Of a stretch of 64,000 nucleotides of DNA, positions 13,901-26,849 are shown piece after piece; the first letter of the stretch is position 1, and each line of letters begins with the position of its first letter. The stretch is from Callorhinchus milii (Eukaryota): assembly GCF_018977255.1 (NCBI RefSeq), contig NW_024704743.1, forward strand, positions 45,944,001 to 46,008,000, written 5' to 3'. Below the pieces are notes generated by a model. That model was given only the letters and a program-made list of their open reading frames with translations, did not search any database and was not told where the DNA came from. The translations under genes and the position numbers were made by a program.

Positions 13901-16900
13901 AGCTTCAGGTTCTCAAATCAGTACTGATGGCGAGCTGAGCACACGTGTGCTAGTACATATTAGTCAAAATTCATAATTTGGGATCTGTACGTTCAGTACT
14001 GCGTAAACTGCATTTCATTATTCTGCTCAACAGATATGCTTTGGTAGTTATGAACTGGTAATCAGTTGAGCTGCTAATGTTTACCGTAAATAGCCCCAGA
14101 AATGTATTTTTATTAACCTAAAATACTGTGAAATTCAATGTTTGATGATGCCTATTCTGTTGGTACAACAAAATTACATTTATAGAGCGCCTTTCACGTC
14201 GGGAGGACGTCCCAAAGCGCTGAACAGTAGGTTTCGGTGCCCGAGCATGGTTGTAGGGGTGATTGAAGGCAGAGAAGTGGGAGGGAGACCAAAGGCACAA
14301 TCGAAGAGAAGAGTCTTGACACTGGCCTTGAAGGATAATTATTGATAATTACTGTTACTAATACAATATGATTCATTTTGGATGTAACAGTTAGTGTATT
14401 CATTGCAAGTTATTGTAGTGACAAGCACTACTGTACTAAAGGTTTGTTTGATATTCCAATTAATCTAATTAATTACTTTAAATTAATTTCAAATTTTGCT
14501 ATGGGTAAACACATCACAGGGACCCAGCGGATTTTGTCAACGTAAGTGAGTTATCGACATAAACAAACAAATTTCATTTTCCAGTTTAAATACTTGGTAT
14601 TTTGTATCATTTCTGTGGTCTTGATAGAAAATCCAATCACAAGTAGGTCAGCATCCTGCAAGCAATTTGCTAGTTTGAACTTTCAGTGTGAAGCTGCACA
14701 TGAACACCATAGAAAATCCATTAAAATCTTTGTAAGTTTCTTTCCCACATCTGTTGTGCACTTTTATTAATGAGTTCAGATTTGTTAAATGCAGTGAACC
14801 CCTACTATTTTTACAGATCATCAATGGGGAGAAATACCAACTGGATTTAGATTTACTCTGATTACTGGGGACGCCTTCAAATGTTTCAGGTTGAGGCTTG
14901 GGTTTGCTTACTAGTCTGCTAACTATCCATAATTGGCAACTTCTAGGTCAACAGGTCAGAGGTGATGTTATATTCCTCGCACTGAATGCAAGAAACACCT
15001 ATAGCATCACTTCTTGCAAACTGACCATGCCAAACTTACTCAATGACACGTGCCACACTTACCCAAACACTGACTTGCGTATCACCTGTCAGTATAATTG
15101 GTAATGACACAATTGAATGCTGTTAAGGACTTGGAATTTTTTCCGATATAATCATGCCGAAGTTTATGTCAACGTGGATGTACATAGTAAGTTAAATGTG
15201 TTCCTTTGCGGGAAGAGACTGAGCAGGACTAATCTTTTGTCAGCATACATGGGATGTCGATAGAAATAGTTTCAAGATAAGTGGGTAGCACTATACCTTA
15301 TTTTAATAAAAGATTCTGGCATAATTATTGTGATTTGAGTCATTTGTTGTCTATTTGATTTTTTAAAAAATTGTTTGCCTGGATGATGTTATTTGAAATC
15401 TGTTTTGCCATGGCATTTTTTAAGTTGACGGATTTGCTAAGAAAGCTTGAACTTCCCAATGTTCAGTGTGCACAAAGCTGGAAGGCCTAGTCACAAATGT
15501 TTGCCACAAATAATAATTATAAAATGATTTGGCAACTTGTTTCCAGGATTTGTGTCCTTGTGTCCAAGTAACTTTTTTCTTTTGGTGCATTACAGTGATT
15601 AGTTTATTGAACCAATTTTGGGGAATTTATTGTTGTATATCCAGCTCTTGGTATCTTAATTACAATATTGAGTATAATCCCAAACAGTTGCATTGTTTTA
15701 CTCAGTTAATAAATGCCAGAATTTCTCAGGTGAGCACATTTCTTGCCTTGGAATGAGTTGATTCATATGCCTTCATGTAAATAGCCTGAATGATAACAAT
15801 GGGAATTTTAACTGAAATTCTTGGATTATACAGGAGAGGGTGAGCAGATTGTGATCCAGCTATCTGTTAATTGTGCCCCTGTGAGGTCAAAAATATGAAG
15901 TGAGTCAAAAAGAAACTCTAAACACTGTACAAGTTATATTTAATGCATATAGAGTCCTTCCCCGCTATCTAGTTCCTTGTACAAATTGACTTTTATCTTT
16001 TCACCTACAGAGTTAGATAAACAGTTTTGTTATGAATATATTTGTTTTACTGAGAGTAGTTTAAAGACTAGCAGCAGAATTGGTGCATATTGCATAAAGC
16101 ATATTGGTGGGTGTTGCTGCACGAGTGGGTGCTCGCTCCTGCACGATTGCCCTTTTACTTTTTTTCTTGCTTTACTTTATTCTGTTCTTTCTCATTTTTA
16201 ATTTTTCTTTCTTAATTTATTTCCTTTTGCCAGTTTAGAGAATGAGCTAAATACCAATAAAGAATGAGCTTCAGTAATATAATGATATCGCTGTCAGTTT
16301 CCTCTTTATGAATCCAATTGATTCTCTCTTGTACTAATAATTGGACAGAGGGGGAGAGAGAGTGAAAGTGAGCAAAACATACTCTCCCACGAATAATGTA
16401 TGCATCACTATCTGCAATGTTAAGCATAAGGTTGAAGTGCTTCATAAGTTGAGTTAGCTTTGGTAACGTTTTAGTAAATGACAATATTCTTAGTATCTTT
16501 CGTCTTTAGATGGTATCAAATATTGTTTGCTGCTGGTCTGTTTTGTTTACGAAATGAGTGGCTAACCAAGGAGCCACTTCTCTTTATTTACAGATGTTCT
16601 TCTCTTGGGTAAAACAAATTAACTTAAAACATACAGAATTGCTGAATTGCCATGAACTTCAGTTAGTATAAAGCACTGTGACGATTTGACTGAACATCGG
16701 TGTGATACTCACTCTACTTAATAAAAACAGTGTTCACCTGCAAATGGTAGATCAAATGTTGCAGTTAGATTTCTTCCTTACATTGTAATAAAATAATGAT
16801 GCTAGAAACTAGATATTAGAAATATATTGTGAATATGGGAACATAGGAAAACAGGAGGAAGACATCCAGTACACTGAGCAGGTTCCACCAGTTTATTAGA

Positions 16901-17484
16901 TTTTGTCAGATCTTTTAATTCCCAATGCCCCGCTTGTTTCACCCACAAAATATACAGTCAATTCACTTTACAGTATATGCTGTAAAGCGCTTGGAGACAT
17001 ATCGAAGACATAAGGCGCTACATCAAATGCATGGATTATTATTATTATCCTATGTCCTTAATACCTCTACTACTAAGTAGCTATATATATCTCTTTTACA
17101 CATTCCTATTTATTCCGCTTCCACAGCTTCAAAAAACGTAGAAGTGGATTAGAATTGCATTTTCCTTTTAAGAATTCTTTTTTAAGAGTTCCTATCACTA
17201 CTTTGCTATTTACTGGTTTTGTTGTTAACATTCATTGTCTTCACAGTTCATCTTAATCGCCGCAGAAGTTTTTATTCTTCACCTTGCACTCTAGTTTTGG
17301 TTCCACTTTCTCTTCTGTGTTTGTATAGTTGTATATTTTAATGGAGGTTCTGCCATATACAGTCATGAAGAGCAAGAGAAATAACTTACAATTGATCTGT
17401 GTTTATATTGGTTATTAACAAAGTTTTCACAAGAACTGAGGTTGTGATAATTTCTGCTTACTGGAAATGTTCCTCTCGTTGCAG

Positions 17485-17575
17485 CCTTCACAAAGTGTTG
17501 CAAGGAAAGTGGCCTTCTCATGGTCATAAAATGCAGAGAAGAAAATGCAGCACTTAAGGAATGTCTGACTGGCCA
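17485..17575 (+). CDS. CMC1: CMC1 penultimate coding exon (91 nt, phase 1 to phase 2): (A)FTKCCKESGLLMVIKCREENAALKECLTG(H)
   Basis: Acceptor tcctctcgttgcag| and donor |gtgagt. The translation matches recalled human CMC1 (FTKCCKNSGVLMVVKCRKENSALKECLTAY) and contains the CX9C motif C-REENAALKE-C. It splices in frame (CA+C = His) to 24701. Confidence 0.96.
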
Positions 17576-18126
17576 GTGAGTATTGTCATATAGGATTAAT
17601 ATACAACAATACTGTAAATTGAAAGTTCCGTTTTTGATCGAATTGCCCTCCCCATACAAGGGAGGAAATAGTGGGCAAGAGGAAAATTAAGTTGAGTCAT
17701 GAATCTCTGTGCCTCTTTATATCAGCCAACCTACAGATAGGACTTGTTGACACTGATCGCACAGCTAGGCCTTGTTCATACTATTACTAATTGTGAGCTT
17801 GAAGCTGAGTACTAGCTGATACAATTCAAACATTATTGCAGAAAATCCTAGAAGTCCACCATTTTGGCTTAAAATAAAGTTTTGTCGAATTGTTAAATTC
17901 TTAAATTCAGTCTTAATTTAGAAGTGATTTTTCTGCAATTCAATGAACCGAATTCCAAATTAATAATAATAATCCTTTAATTTGATGTAGTGCCTTATAA
18001 TGTTGTTGAGACGTCTCAAAGCACTTCACAGAATATTAAGACTGAATTTGAGAAATTTCCACATTTCTGCATTATTTTAAATTTTAAGACACAATAGTCT
18101 TACAAGATAGGTAAAATAGATGAAAT

Positions 18127-18205
18127 TTTAATTGTGATTTTAGTTAGTTCTAAATCCTCGTCTTGTTTAATTGTGATTTTAGTTAGTTCTAAATCCTCGT
18201 CTTGT
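18127..18205. repeat. Perfect 39-bp tandem duplication
   Basis: tttaattgtgattttagttagttctaaatcctcgtcttg occurs at 18127-18165 and again at 18166-18204. Confidence 0.95.
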
Positions 18206-19189
18206 CTATTATTTGTCCAGCGCCCCACCGTCACTTGCCGAAGTTCGAGCCACATTGCCCCCAATCTCTGGAAATCTCCCAAAACCCTTCACCTTGTGCT
18301 CTTCCTCTATGCTTTTAAAATTCTTCTTTTTTTAAAAAAAACGATGGGTTTCGTCATCTCCCTCCTACCTTTGAGATGTGAAAGTTATGAGATCTGAAAG
18401 CCACTAAACAATCACAAGTTGTTATTGCATCAATATAACATCAATATAACATTTCCATTTCCCACATCAGTCTTTTCATGCTTCTTGACGATCAATTTAG
18501 TGAGACTACCAATTCAGTAATGATCACTACTGAGTTTTGTGCTGCAAACTAAGAGCCAGACTAGGCCTAGGAGCCAGATTGACACTTAAGTGTTACATAA
18601 ACGAAGAGCCCTTGATACGATAAACCAATTTTCATACTATCTGTCAAGATTAGACTGGAATTGAACTTAACTGAAGAGTTCATGTTCTAACTCAGTTTGA
18701 CACCTAACTCTTATTCACTATTTTTAAATTTCACGACTTCACTACTTTAGACTTCTACACACATGTTTTGTTGCGTTCAAATGAATTGGAAGATGATGAA
18801 AGTTAAAACCAGGGGTCTGTTTTCCATTGATAGCTGAAAATAGTGATGTTTTCACAAAACAAAATCTTATCTCAAAGCTTTGGGAAATGATCCCTGTGTT
18901 TAAAGGTCTGTGTAAAGTAAACTGATGTTAAAGATGAAAGTTGTGGCCAACAATTTTGTGTACAGTGGTTTAAAAATTAAAAGAAATTACACTGTGGGAA
19001 ATTATAACCACTTTCAACAACACAAAAGGCAGGTAAACCAAGTGTGAGATGTTAAATATATATTAAGAACTTATTTCTGTGTGAAAATGGTCAGAGAAGG
19101 AATGAGGCAGACTCATTGAACCAGTGAGCAACTTAGGTGTCAGGTTCGATCCCTAGCCTTTCTTTCTACCCCACATCCGTTCCTTGACC

Positions 19190-19785
19190 AGGTCCATTTT
19201 TTTTATCACCTCTGACACATTGCCCACTTCCATCTGTACCTCACAACTAAAGTAGTCAAAATCCTCATCGACACCTTTGTCACTTCCTAGCTGGACTATT
19301 CAAATACCCCTCCCCAGCTCCACTATACACAAAATTCAACTAATTTAGAACTATGCCTCCCGGACACTCACCCGCACAAAACTCTGTACTCTCATAACAC
19401 CAGTCCTTGCTCAGGTTTCACTGGCTCCCAATTACTGAACGGATTTCAAGATCCTCTCACTCGTTTTCAAATCCCTTCATTCCCTCGCACCTCCCTACCT
19501 ATTGGATTTGCTTACTCCCCACACCACTACCCGGTGGCTCTGGCCTGCTATTCGTCCCTCGACCCCTCCACCATCAGTGGCCGTGCCTTCAGCAAAGCAC
19601 GAAGCTCTGGAATTCTCTCCCTCAATCCCTCCGCCTTACCCCCTCCCACCCCACTTTCAAATCCCACCTAAATACCTTTTTGATCGTGCTTACGGTCACC
19701 TCCCTCTCCCCCTGGTTCGGGGTCAAGCACTCTGGGATGCTAACCCACGTGAAGCTCGCTATATAAATGCAAGTTGTTGTTGTCG
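19190..19785 (+). mobile_element. L2 LINE 3' fragment (older)
   Basis: RFHWLPI and KLWNSLPQSLR..FKSHLNTFL motifs; tail gctatataaatgcaagttgttgttg. Confidence 0.88.
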
Positions 19786-22284
19786 TCGAGTCTCATTTTG
19801 TATTGCTGTTAATGTTGTTTGAGGACAGTGCAGTGCACCATTCTGTGCAATGCGTTGATATCCCAACAATGTGATGAGGTGCTGTATCAAATGCAAGGAT
19901 TATTATCATCAGTGCAGGATCATATGTGTATTGCATAATTTCTCTAGATCTGATCAAATATTTGTTACTACTAAAATCTAATTTTATCAATCTTTGTTTA
20001 CCAGAGTGTTTATCAACTTTTTAATAGAATAATTTAGATTGTTGGATTGACTGTGAAAGTTTTCTAATTCCCCCCCCCCGTTTATATAAGAAAAATGTTT
20101 TCTGGGCGAGGAATATCTGTGCTGGGGAATGGAACAGTTTATCATAAATACATTTGGAGGACAAATCAAAGCGCTTCATAGGATTAATTGTAAAGGATAG
20201 CAGTGACTATGTGTTTTATAAACGAACCCTGCAGCCAATTTGTGCACAGCATTATCTCGCAAGCAGCCATGAAGTGAATGACTGATTTCATCTGCGGGGT
20301 TTTTGGCCAATACACGAAGGCCCATCTTTTTTTTCGAAACATTCTGTGGAGTATTTTGCGGCACCTTGATTTATTGCCTCTTCAACCCACTGCCCCCCAG
20401 CACTGTATTGGAGTTTCAGCCTGAACTGTGAGTTTAAAATCCCTATCTGACTGTTAAACTCAAAGGTTTACAAATTATTGCTCCTATTGTCATCACTCTC
20501 TGGTCAAGAAAGCTGCAAAAAGTGACAGTGTTCCTACTTGCAGTTTATCTCTTTTAATTTTATTCAAAAACAAGTTCTACGTGGCGTTTGTTTGCTTATG
20601 TGTTGCTCTAACAGTGCTGCTTGGAATGTAGTTCAGAAATGGGGTAGCAGGGTGTCAAGGAATGAACTGTTCGGTTTCACACGTCTCCTGTTTCTGTGAA
20701 GATACCAATTTAGTCATACCATAAATAAAGATTGAGGTTCATTTCCATGAAACAGATGTCACCTTCCTTGACCAGATTTTCTTAAAATAACATACATCGC
20801 ACGAGGGTGAGTTGGGTGTTAAAAGATGGTAATTAATTTTAACACTTCATTTATATGGGATTCGTTTCTTTAACCAGTTTAAGATGATTAGTCCCTTTGC
20901 TCTTCTCGCAAGTGAAAGCCTAAATAATTATACATTTGTGGGTTCAAGCCCTGGGTCGGGATATTGAGCTCACATAGTTTAGTCTGACACTTGGATGCGA
21001 TGCTGGGAGAAGCTCTGCATTTTCAAAGATGCTGTTCTTCAGATAAGATGTTCCATCGAGGTCCCATCTGCCTGGTCAGGTGGACATTAAAGATCCCACG
21101 GCACTATGTGAAAAGAGAAGAGAGTTTCTCCTGGTGTCCTGGTCAACAATCTCCCAAATAAAATTGATCATTCACTTCATGGTGTGTAGGACAATGCTTT
21201 GTGAAAAAACGGCTGTAGTATTTGTGTGCAAATAAGAGTCTTTACACTTTAAAGTAAATTCTAGCAACAACATGATTTTCTTGGGGCTCAGTCGGATGTA
21301 TGACTCAAAAACCCATCACTGTGCTTAAGACTCTCAAATTAGATTGGGAGTTTTACACATCTACACCCACAATTCCTGTTTCTGGAAAGGAATGCAAACT
21401 CTCTTTCCAGATGGATGCATCCTGTTTACCTAATTCTGGACAGTATTAGGCACAGGTTGACAAGATACAAGAGTGCGTTGGGGCTACTTCTGGAGTTTAA
21501 CCAGCTAAAATTGCATAGTTTGCCATTGAAAGAACTGACAAGCAAGGTTCCTGCTGCTTGTCTAGCTAGGACCATCCTGTCTTTTAGGGTTTGGTCTTGC
21601 AAGGTTAACAGGAGCTGAGTGGACAGACATTCTTTAGTATTTTCATTGTTGCCCCAAATCTCAGGATCCTCATCAGCTACTCAACGGAAATGCGTTCTGG
21701 GAGGACATTTACAGGACAGCTTGTGACGTGCCAGTGTCACCTTGATATTCTCGAGGACCAAGGACCTATTCAGCATGTCCTGTTTAATCAAGGTCCTTGT
21801 AAAAGGGGCTTTGGAAAAATTGTGAAGCTGCCTCCAGGTTGCTCGGTAACATGTCAATATAGGCTGGAGCTCTCTCCCTGCAGCTGCTTCCCCGGTTTGC
21901 CACAAATCCACCTCACTGCTTGATCCTAGATTTCACAAAGGGGCTGGAGGAAGCCTCTCTGCTGCATTCCCAGGAGTTTGGACCAATGAAGAAATGTTTG
22001 GAAGGGACTCGTACTCCACAAGCTTAACCTGCTTTGGGATCTTATGCTTGAAGAGAGATGATAATGGCCAGAGTGCCCTTTGCCTCTCAGCGCAGTCCTG
22101 AGGGACAGCGTCCAAGTAAATGTTGGTGTTCATCACAACCCCGTATACCAATAACAACTCAGTAGTGTGATAAGGTACTGTGTCAAATGGAAGGATCTTT
22201 TTATTATATGAACTAAAATAGCTTCAAAAGCCTAATTTTACAAAATAAGGCAGATTTTAGAAAGTGAAATGATAGATAGATAGA

Positions 22285-22550
22285 TTCATGGAATATCACT
22301 GCAGAAAAACTGACGTTTTGCTTCATGAGCTACTTAATCTAATCACACACTCTCACTTGCTCCCCATATCCTTCAATATTCCTTTGCACACATCCTTTCA
22401 ATTAATTTCATTTAAATAATTTAGTTTGTAAAATAAACATTACTTTGTGGCAGAGAATTCTACATTCTCAACAAAACCTTTGTGGAAAAAAATTCGAAGC
22501 TCCTTTTTTTAAATCCTAAACGTGTACTCTTGTCACTGACTCACCAAAAT
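22285..22550 (-). mobile_element. Decayed CR1 3' fragment (similar old pieces at about 16845-16930, 45885-46130, 48950-49050, 56795-56905)
   Basis: Degenerate match to the CR1 3' end seen at 637-1050 (ccccatatcc...ggcagagaattctacattctcaac...ttgtcactgactcacc). Confidence 0.6.
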
Positions 22551-22559
22551 TATCTACAG

Positions 22560-22878
22560 TAATAATTATAATAACACTTGTATTTGATATAGCGCCTTTC
22601 ACATCTTCTAGTTATTTCAATGCGCTTCTCAGAATATACTGTAAGTAAATTGACTGTATATTTGTGGGTGAAACGCAGCAGCCAATTGCGCACAGCAGTG
22701 TCCCACGAAAAGTCGTGGATTGAAGTGACCAATTTATTATTTTGTTGTGTTTTTCTTAAGGGATTACTATCAGATGTATGGATTAAGGAAACTTGCCCAA
22801 GGTTTTGCTCTACCGGGAATCGAACCCAGGTCTCTCGTTTGCAGGGCGAGTGCTCTAACCACTGAGCTACAGGACTCC
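22560..22878 (-). mobile_element. SINE family A copy with intact Pol III A and B boxes and an internal deletion
   Basis: Reverse complement reads GGAGTCCTG-TAGCTCAGTGG-TTAGAGCACTCGCCCTGCAAACGAGAGACCTG-GGTTCGATTCC-CGG, followed by the family tail. Confidence 0.9.
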
Positions 22879-24089
22879 ACTATTTCCTTTGTTGTAAATA
22901 GTATTGCTGTTTACAACTAAGGGAGTTTTCTTCTTGTGGTTTTAATGTGTTTCTACTATAGCTCAACCTCAAACTTCTAATCGACTGAGTAAATCTTTTC
23001 AGGATGATAGCTTAACGTATATAATAATAATAATAATATTATTTCTGTTAGCATTTTCTGCTGCAGACAAGTCCAGATAATTTTCTGTCTCTCTGGGGAC
23101 AGACAGTTTTGCAAGTTTTAGCTCCTAATTAATTAAATGAAAATTGCAAGAATAAAGTTATCAAATGTCAGAAGTATGTTCTTACTGTAATATGGAACCC
23201 TTTAGAACAAACAATTTGTCAATACAGTTGAAAATTTAAATTTTGCCATTGTTTATATTCCCAGTGCCATTCATTCTTTCAAATACTCTGAGATCGCTCT
23301 ACCTCTGAAATCTCCAACAATTGTGCTTGTATTACGTTCCTCCTCGGTGGTCGAGCTTTCAGACACTTTGCCCCCGTTCCCTGGATTTCTCTCCTTAAAG
23401 TCCTCCACCTCGCATCTTCCCTCTCTGCTCTCAGAAACGTTGTAAAAGCCTGCCTACCTCTTCGACTGTACCTTTAATCAACTTCCTCCAATCCCCCATC
23501 TCACCTTCTTCCACTTGCCTGCGTTCCCACTCTCTCTCTCTCTCTGAAGGGTTTTGAGATGCATCCCTATGTGAAAGTTTCTGTAATTGTTTTCTCCCTT
23601 TCCTAATCTAGTCTATCATTTCCACCAAAGCATAGTTTGTTCTAGCTATGGAGTACATTTGAAAAAATAGTTTCCATTGGTTTGGAAACTGGCTTGAAAG
23701 ATTTTTGGGGGATTAATAGCCCAGACATGACTAAACAGACATAATAGTATTCGAATGACATATTTATCATATAAATTTTGAGGCATTCATAAGTCAAAAG
23801 CAGGAAGTAGGTTGACAAAAAGGAAACCGGTTAATGGTCCCATAACAAGTGAACTCATCAGAGTCATTCAGACAATCAATAGATACATATTGATGAATGA
23901 TCCAACCAGTAGAGCAGAGTTGAACACAGCTAAGTTACAAAGGAAGTTCATGATTATACGCTTCAATCAACAATAGCTTGCATTTATATAGTGCCCTTCT
24001 TGCAGGGTTGTGTCTCGGAGTGCTTCTGCGGCTACAAGTTTCTGCAATTCTATAGAAATGATAATCGTAATAAACATCCAGCTGACCCA

Positions 24090-24482
24090 AAAAAATCATG
24101 TTGAACATTTCAAAGCTATTCTCAGGATTTACTGTAAAGTTTAATGATTGTATTTGTAGGTGAATGTTGCAGCCAGTTTTGCACACAGACATCCCACAAA
24201 CAGCCATGAAGTGAATGAATGATTTTATCTGGAGGATTGTTGGCCAGGACATTGGGGGAAAACTCCCTTCTCTTTTTGAATAATGCAGTGGGATCTTTAT
24301 TGTCCACCTGAACAGGAAGACCAGACCTTGTTTTAACATCTCATCCAAAGGATGACATCTCTGACAATGCAGTGTTCCCTCAGCACCGTCAGCCAACACT
24401 AAGTTTAAAGTCTCAAAGTGGGCTTTGAACCAACAAAATTCTGAGTGAAACGCAAGAGTGCTACCGACTGAGTCAGGCTAAC
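24090..24482 (-). mobile_element. SINE family B copy; others at about 1390-1550, 20165-20450, 20938-21260, 32305-32530, 32660-32950, 48650-48940, 52752-52950, 54080-54250, 61340-61765
   Basis: Shared core (gtgggatcttta.tgtccacctgaacagg...ttttaacatctcatcc) and head (ttgaacc.aca..ttctga...gagtgctacc.actgag). Confidence 0.82.
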
Positions 24483-24700
24483 ATTTATTGTGAGTGTTTC
24501 TGCTGTTTCAATTGAGTACATCTGAAATTTTGAGACAGCTGATTTTGTGTTGTAATAGATTTTAAAAAATTATCATCTATAGGATTTAATAATGTGGTGT
24601 TCAATACTGTAAAACTTATCTTTTTTTTCTTTGGCTATTCTAGTTCTGTGTTGCATTTAACTAATTATTATTATATTATTTTTGTATTTTTGATTTGAAG

Positions 24701-24821
24701 CTATAAAGATCCTACATTGCTTGAAGAATGCAAACAGGAATATTTGATGGAAAGGGAAGAATTTCGACGTACTGGCATTGCTTCTAAGAAAAGACAACAG
24801 AAAGTGCCTAGTAGCATGTAG
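24701..24821 (+). CDS. CMC1: CMC1 terminal coding exon: YKDPTLLEECKQEYLMEREEFRRTGIASKKRQQKVPSSM*
   Basis: T-rich acceptor tttttgatttgaag|, TAG stop at 24819-24821. Matches the recalled human C-terminus (YNDPAFYEECKMEYLKEREEFRKTGIPTKKRLQKLPTSM). Preceding intron 17576-24700 is GT-AG. Confidence 0.96.
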
Positions 24822-25226
24822 CTAAAGAAGGGAATCACCACTTCAATGCAGAATGAAAAGCAATGTGGAGTCATTTCAAGAATTGACAGATACATACACA
24901 CAATCTGTTAATCATGATGCAAAGAGTGATTCATAATGTCTGGAATATATATCTTTGTGTACAATATATAATTGAACCTATTGAATTTACTGGATACTGA
25001 TGTGTTTTCAGATTTTGTTGAGTGCTGCCAAATTTCCGCAGTTCTGATGAACATCTTGCATTTGTTCTGCTTTTTTGTGGGTGCTCTCAGCAAGATTGTG
25101 ATCATGTGAGTTGCATTCGTCCTTCGGGGAACAGCAGATTTGTGTCTGCAAATGCTGCAAAACATTATTCAGAACTAAATACATTACACTGAACTATGAT
25201 GGTGGCTGTAAATGATTGTACTTTTT

Positions 25227-25580
25227 ATTAAATTTGTTTATCTATTAAAACAACCACACTTGCTTACCTTGTTCAATTTTAAATTTGAGTTAAAATGTGA
25301 CTGGCATTTCATGACACTCAGGAATGTATTGAGAAAATCCAGAACTTGCCGAATGGGTTGCTGCTTGTCTGCTCTGTTTTTTACTGCTGAATTCTGGACA
25401 ACTTTGAGTTCGGTCCACAAAATGGAAATTGAAAGAAGTAGGTTTCCAAAATATCCTCGATTAGTCGAGCATCGATCTCCACCTACTGATCATATGAGTA
25501 CTGCTACTTTTAATATCTATCTCTGTTTTTTACACAGAAATTATTTTGCAGCATTAACTTTCTCCCTTGTCCACAATAAA
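25227..25580 (+). promoter_or_regulatory. Candidate CMC1 polyadenylation signals (ATTAAA 25227-25232 and 25244-25249; AATAAA 25575-25580)
   Basis: Hexamers 0.4-0.75 kb after the stop codon; TGTA motifs lie just upstream of the first pair. Which one is used cannot be determined from sequence. Confidence 0.45.
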
Positions 25581-26388
25581 ATATAATTTACATTTATATA
25601 ACTCGCTTTTCATGTCAGAAGGATGTCTCAAAGTGGTTGTGGGAGCTGTCTTGAACTATTGAATTGTAAAAATTCTATCAAAGACATTTAACATATACAA
25701 GTTTGAATAAGTACCTGTCAATGCAATAATTGGAACCTTTTGTTTTACAAAAATAATGGGTTTAGGCAGGAATAAGTTACAGCTTCATAGAGCAATATGC
25801 CAAAAGATCACTGGATGGGTTGGGGGTTCTGTAATATGATGTACAAGTAAAAGATGTCTTGAAGTATGTTTCCACACTATGGTATAGTAAAGGGTTCTGA
25901 CAAACTCCTAATTCCAAGCTCTCAAACATTTGACACTAAGTTAGATTTGGTATCAAATCATACAAAAAGTTTCAATTTGAATAAAAATGAGAGCGAGGTG
26001 AAAGATTTTAGGGTTTTGCCCCCTACACCATCACACAGTGAAAAGCACAGGCATGCCTTTCATTGTCAATTTCTCTCCCACTTTTTCCCCACCCATACCG
26101 AAGGAGTTTTGACATTTCTTTCTACAGATCCCCTTCATCTACCACAACCCAGCGGACAGCATTCACACCACAGCAGAAGTGTTTTGAAGGCTTTAAAGCA
26201 CAGAATAATTCTCAACCAAACCCAATTCTCCCAAAGCCCAACATCCCCATTCATGCACCTTCCTTGAGGGGCTGCCTGGATAGTGACAATTTGTGGGAGA
26301 CCTGGCCAATTTCTTTCTGTTTAATACAAGGGAATTAAGGCCACGTGTAGGCAGCCCAAGTCGAGCGAGGCTGAGATCACTATACTTT

Positions 26389-26678
26389 GGAGTCCTATAA
26401 CTCAGTGGTTAGAACACTCACCTCGCAAGCGAGAGACCTGGGTTCGATTCCCGGGCAGGGCAAAACATTGGGCAAATTTCGTCACTTCACACTTCTCTGA
26501 TTACCTAGCAGTAAGTAGGAACCTGGTTTTCAGTTGATTGGTGGGTCACTTTTTCGGGGGTAATAATTCCTTTAAAAAAATAATAAATGAGTCACTCAAT
26601 CCACGACTGGCTGCCACGTTTCGCGTCTCAAAGATGTGATAAGGCTCTATATTATATACATGCAAGGATTATTATTAT
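26389..26678 (+). mobile_element. SINE family A copy nested in an older SINE-like repeat
   Basis: Intact head with B box ggttcgattcc and a gattattatt tail. The flanks ggctgagatca / tcagctaactcagc rejoin into the older repeat also seen at about 1310-1350 and 10560-10760. Confidence 0.85.
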
Positions 26679-26849
26679 CAGCTAACTCAGCAAAGACAAG
26701 GATTTGAATGCGCAACATTTTCTCTACAGCTGCATCAAGTTGTCCCTTTATCTAGTGAGCCATTGAGAAGCATGAGACTCAGAGGTGTACAAGTGATTTA
26801 GATTCACCTGGATTTTCCCTTTCTGAGAGGCCCTACAATACCCCATTCC

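Noticed and set aside
1..17484. Search for CMC1 upstream exons (LRHVEKDVLIPK-like)
   Set aside because: Not found by eye; probably upstream of the window, so this stretch is treated as intron.
22805..22878. tRNA-Ala-like cloverleaf with perfect A and B boxes (also 26389-26462)
   Set aside because: It continues directly into the SINE body and tail, has an imperfect acceptor stem, and the anticodon varies between copies (TGC versus CGC). It is a SINE head, not a tRNA gene.
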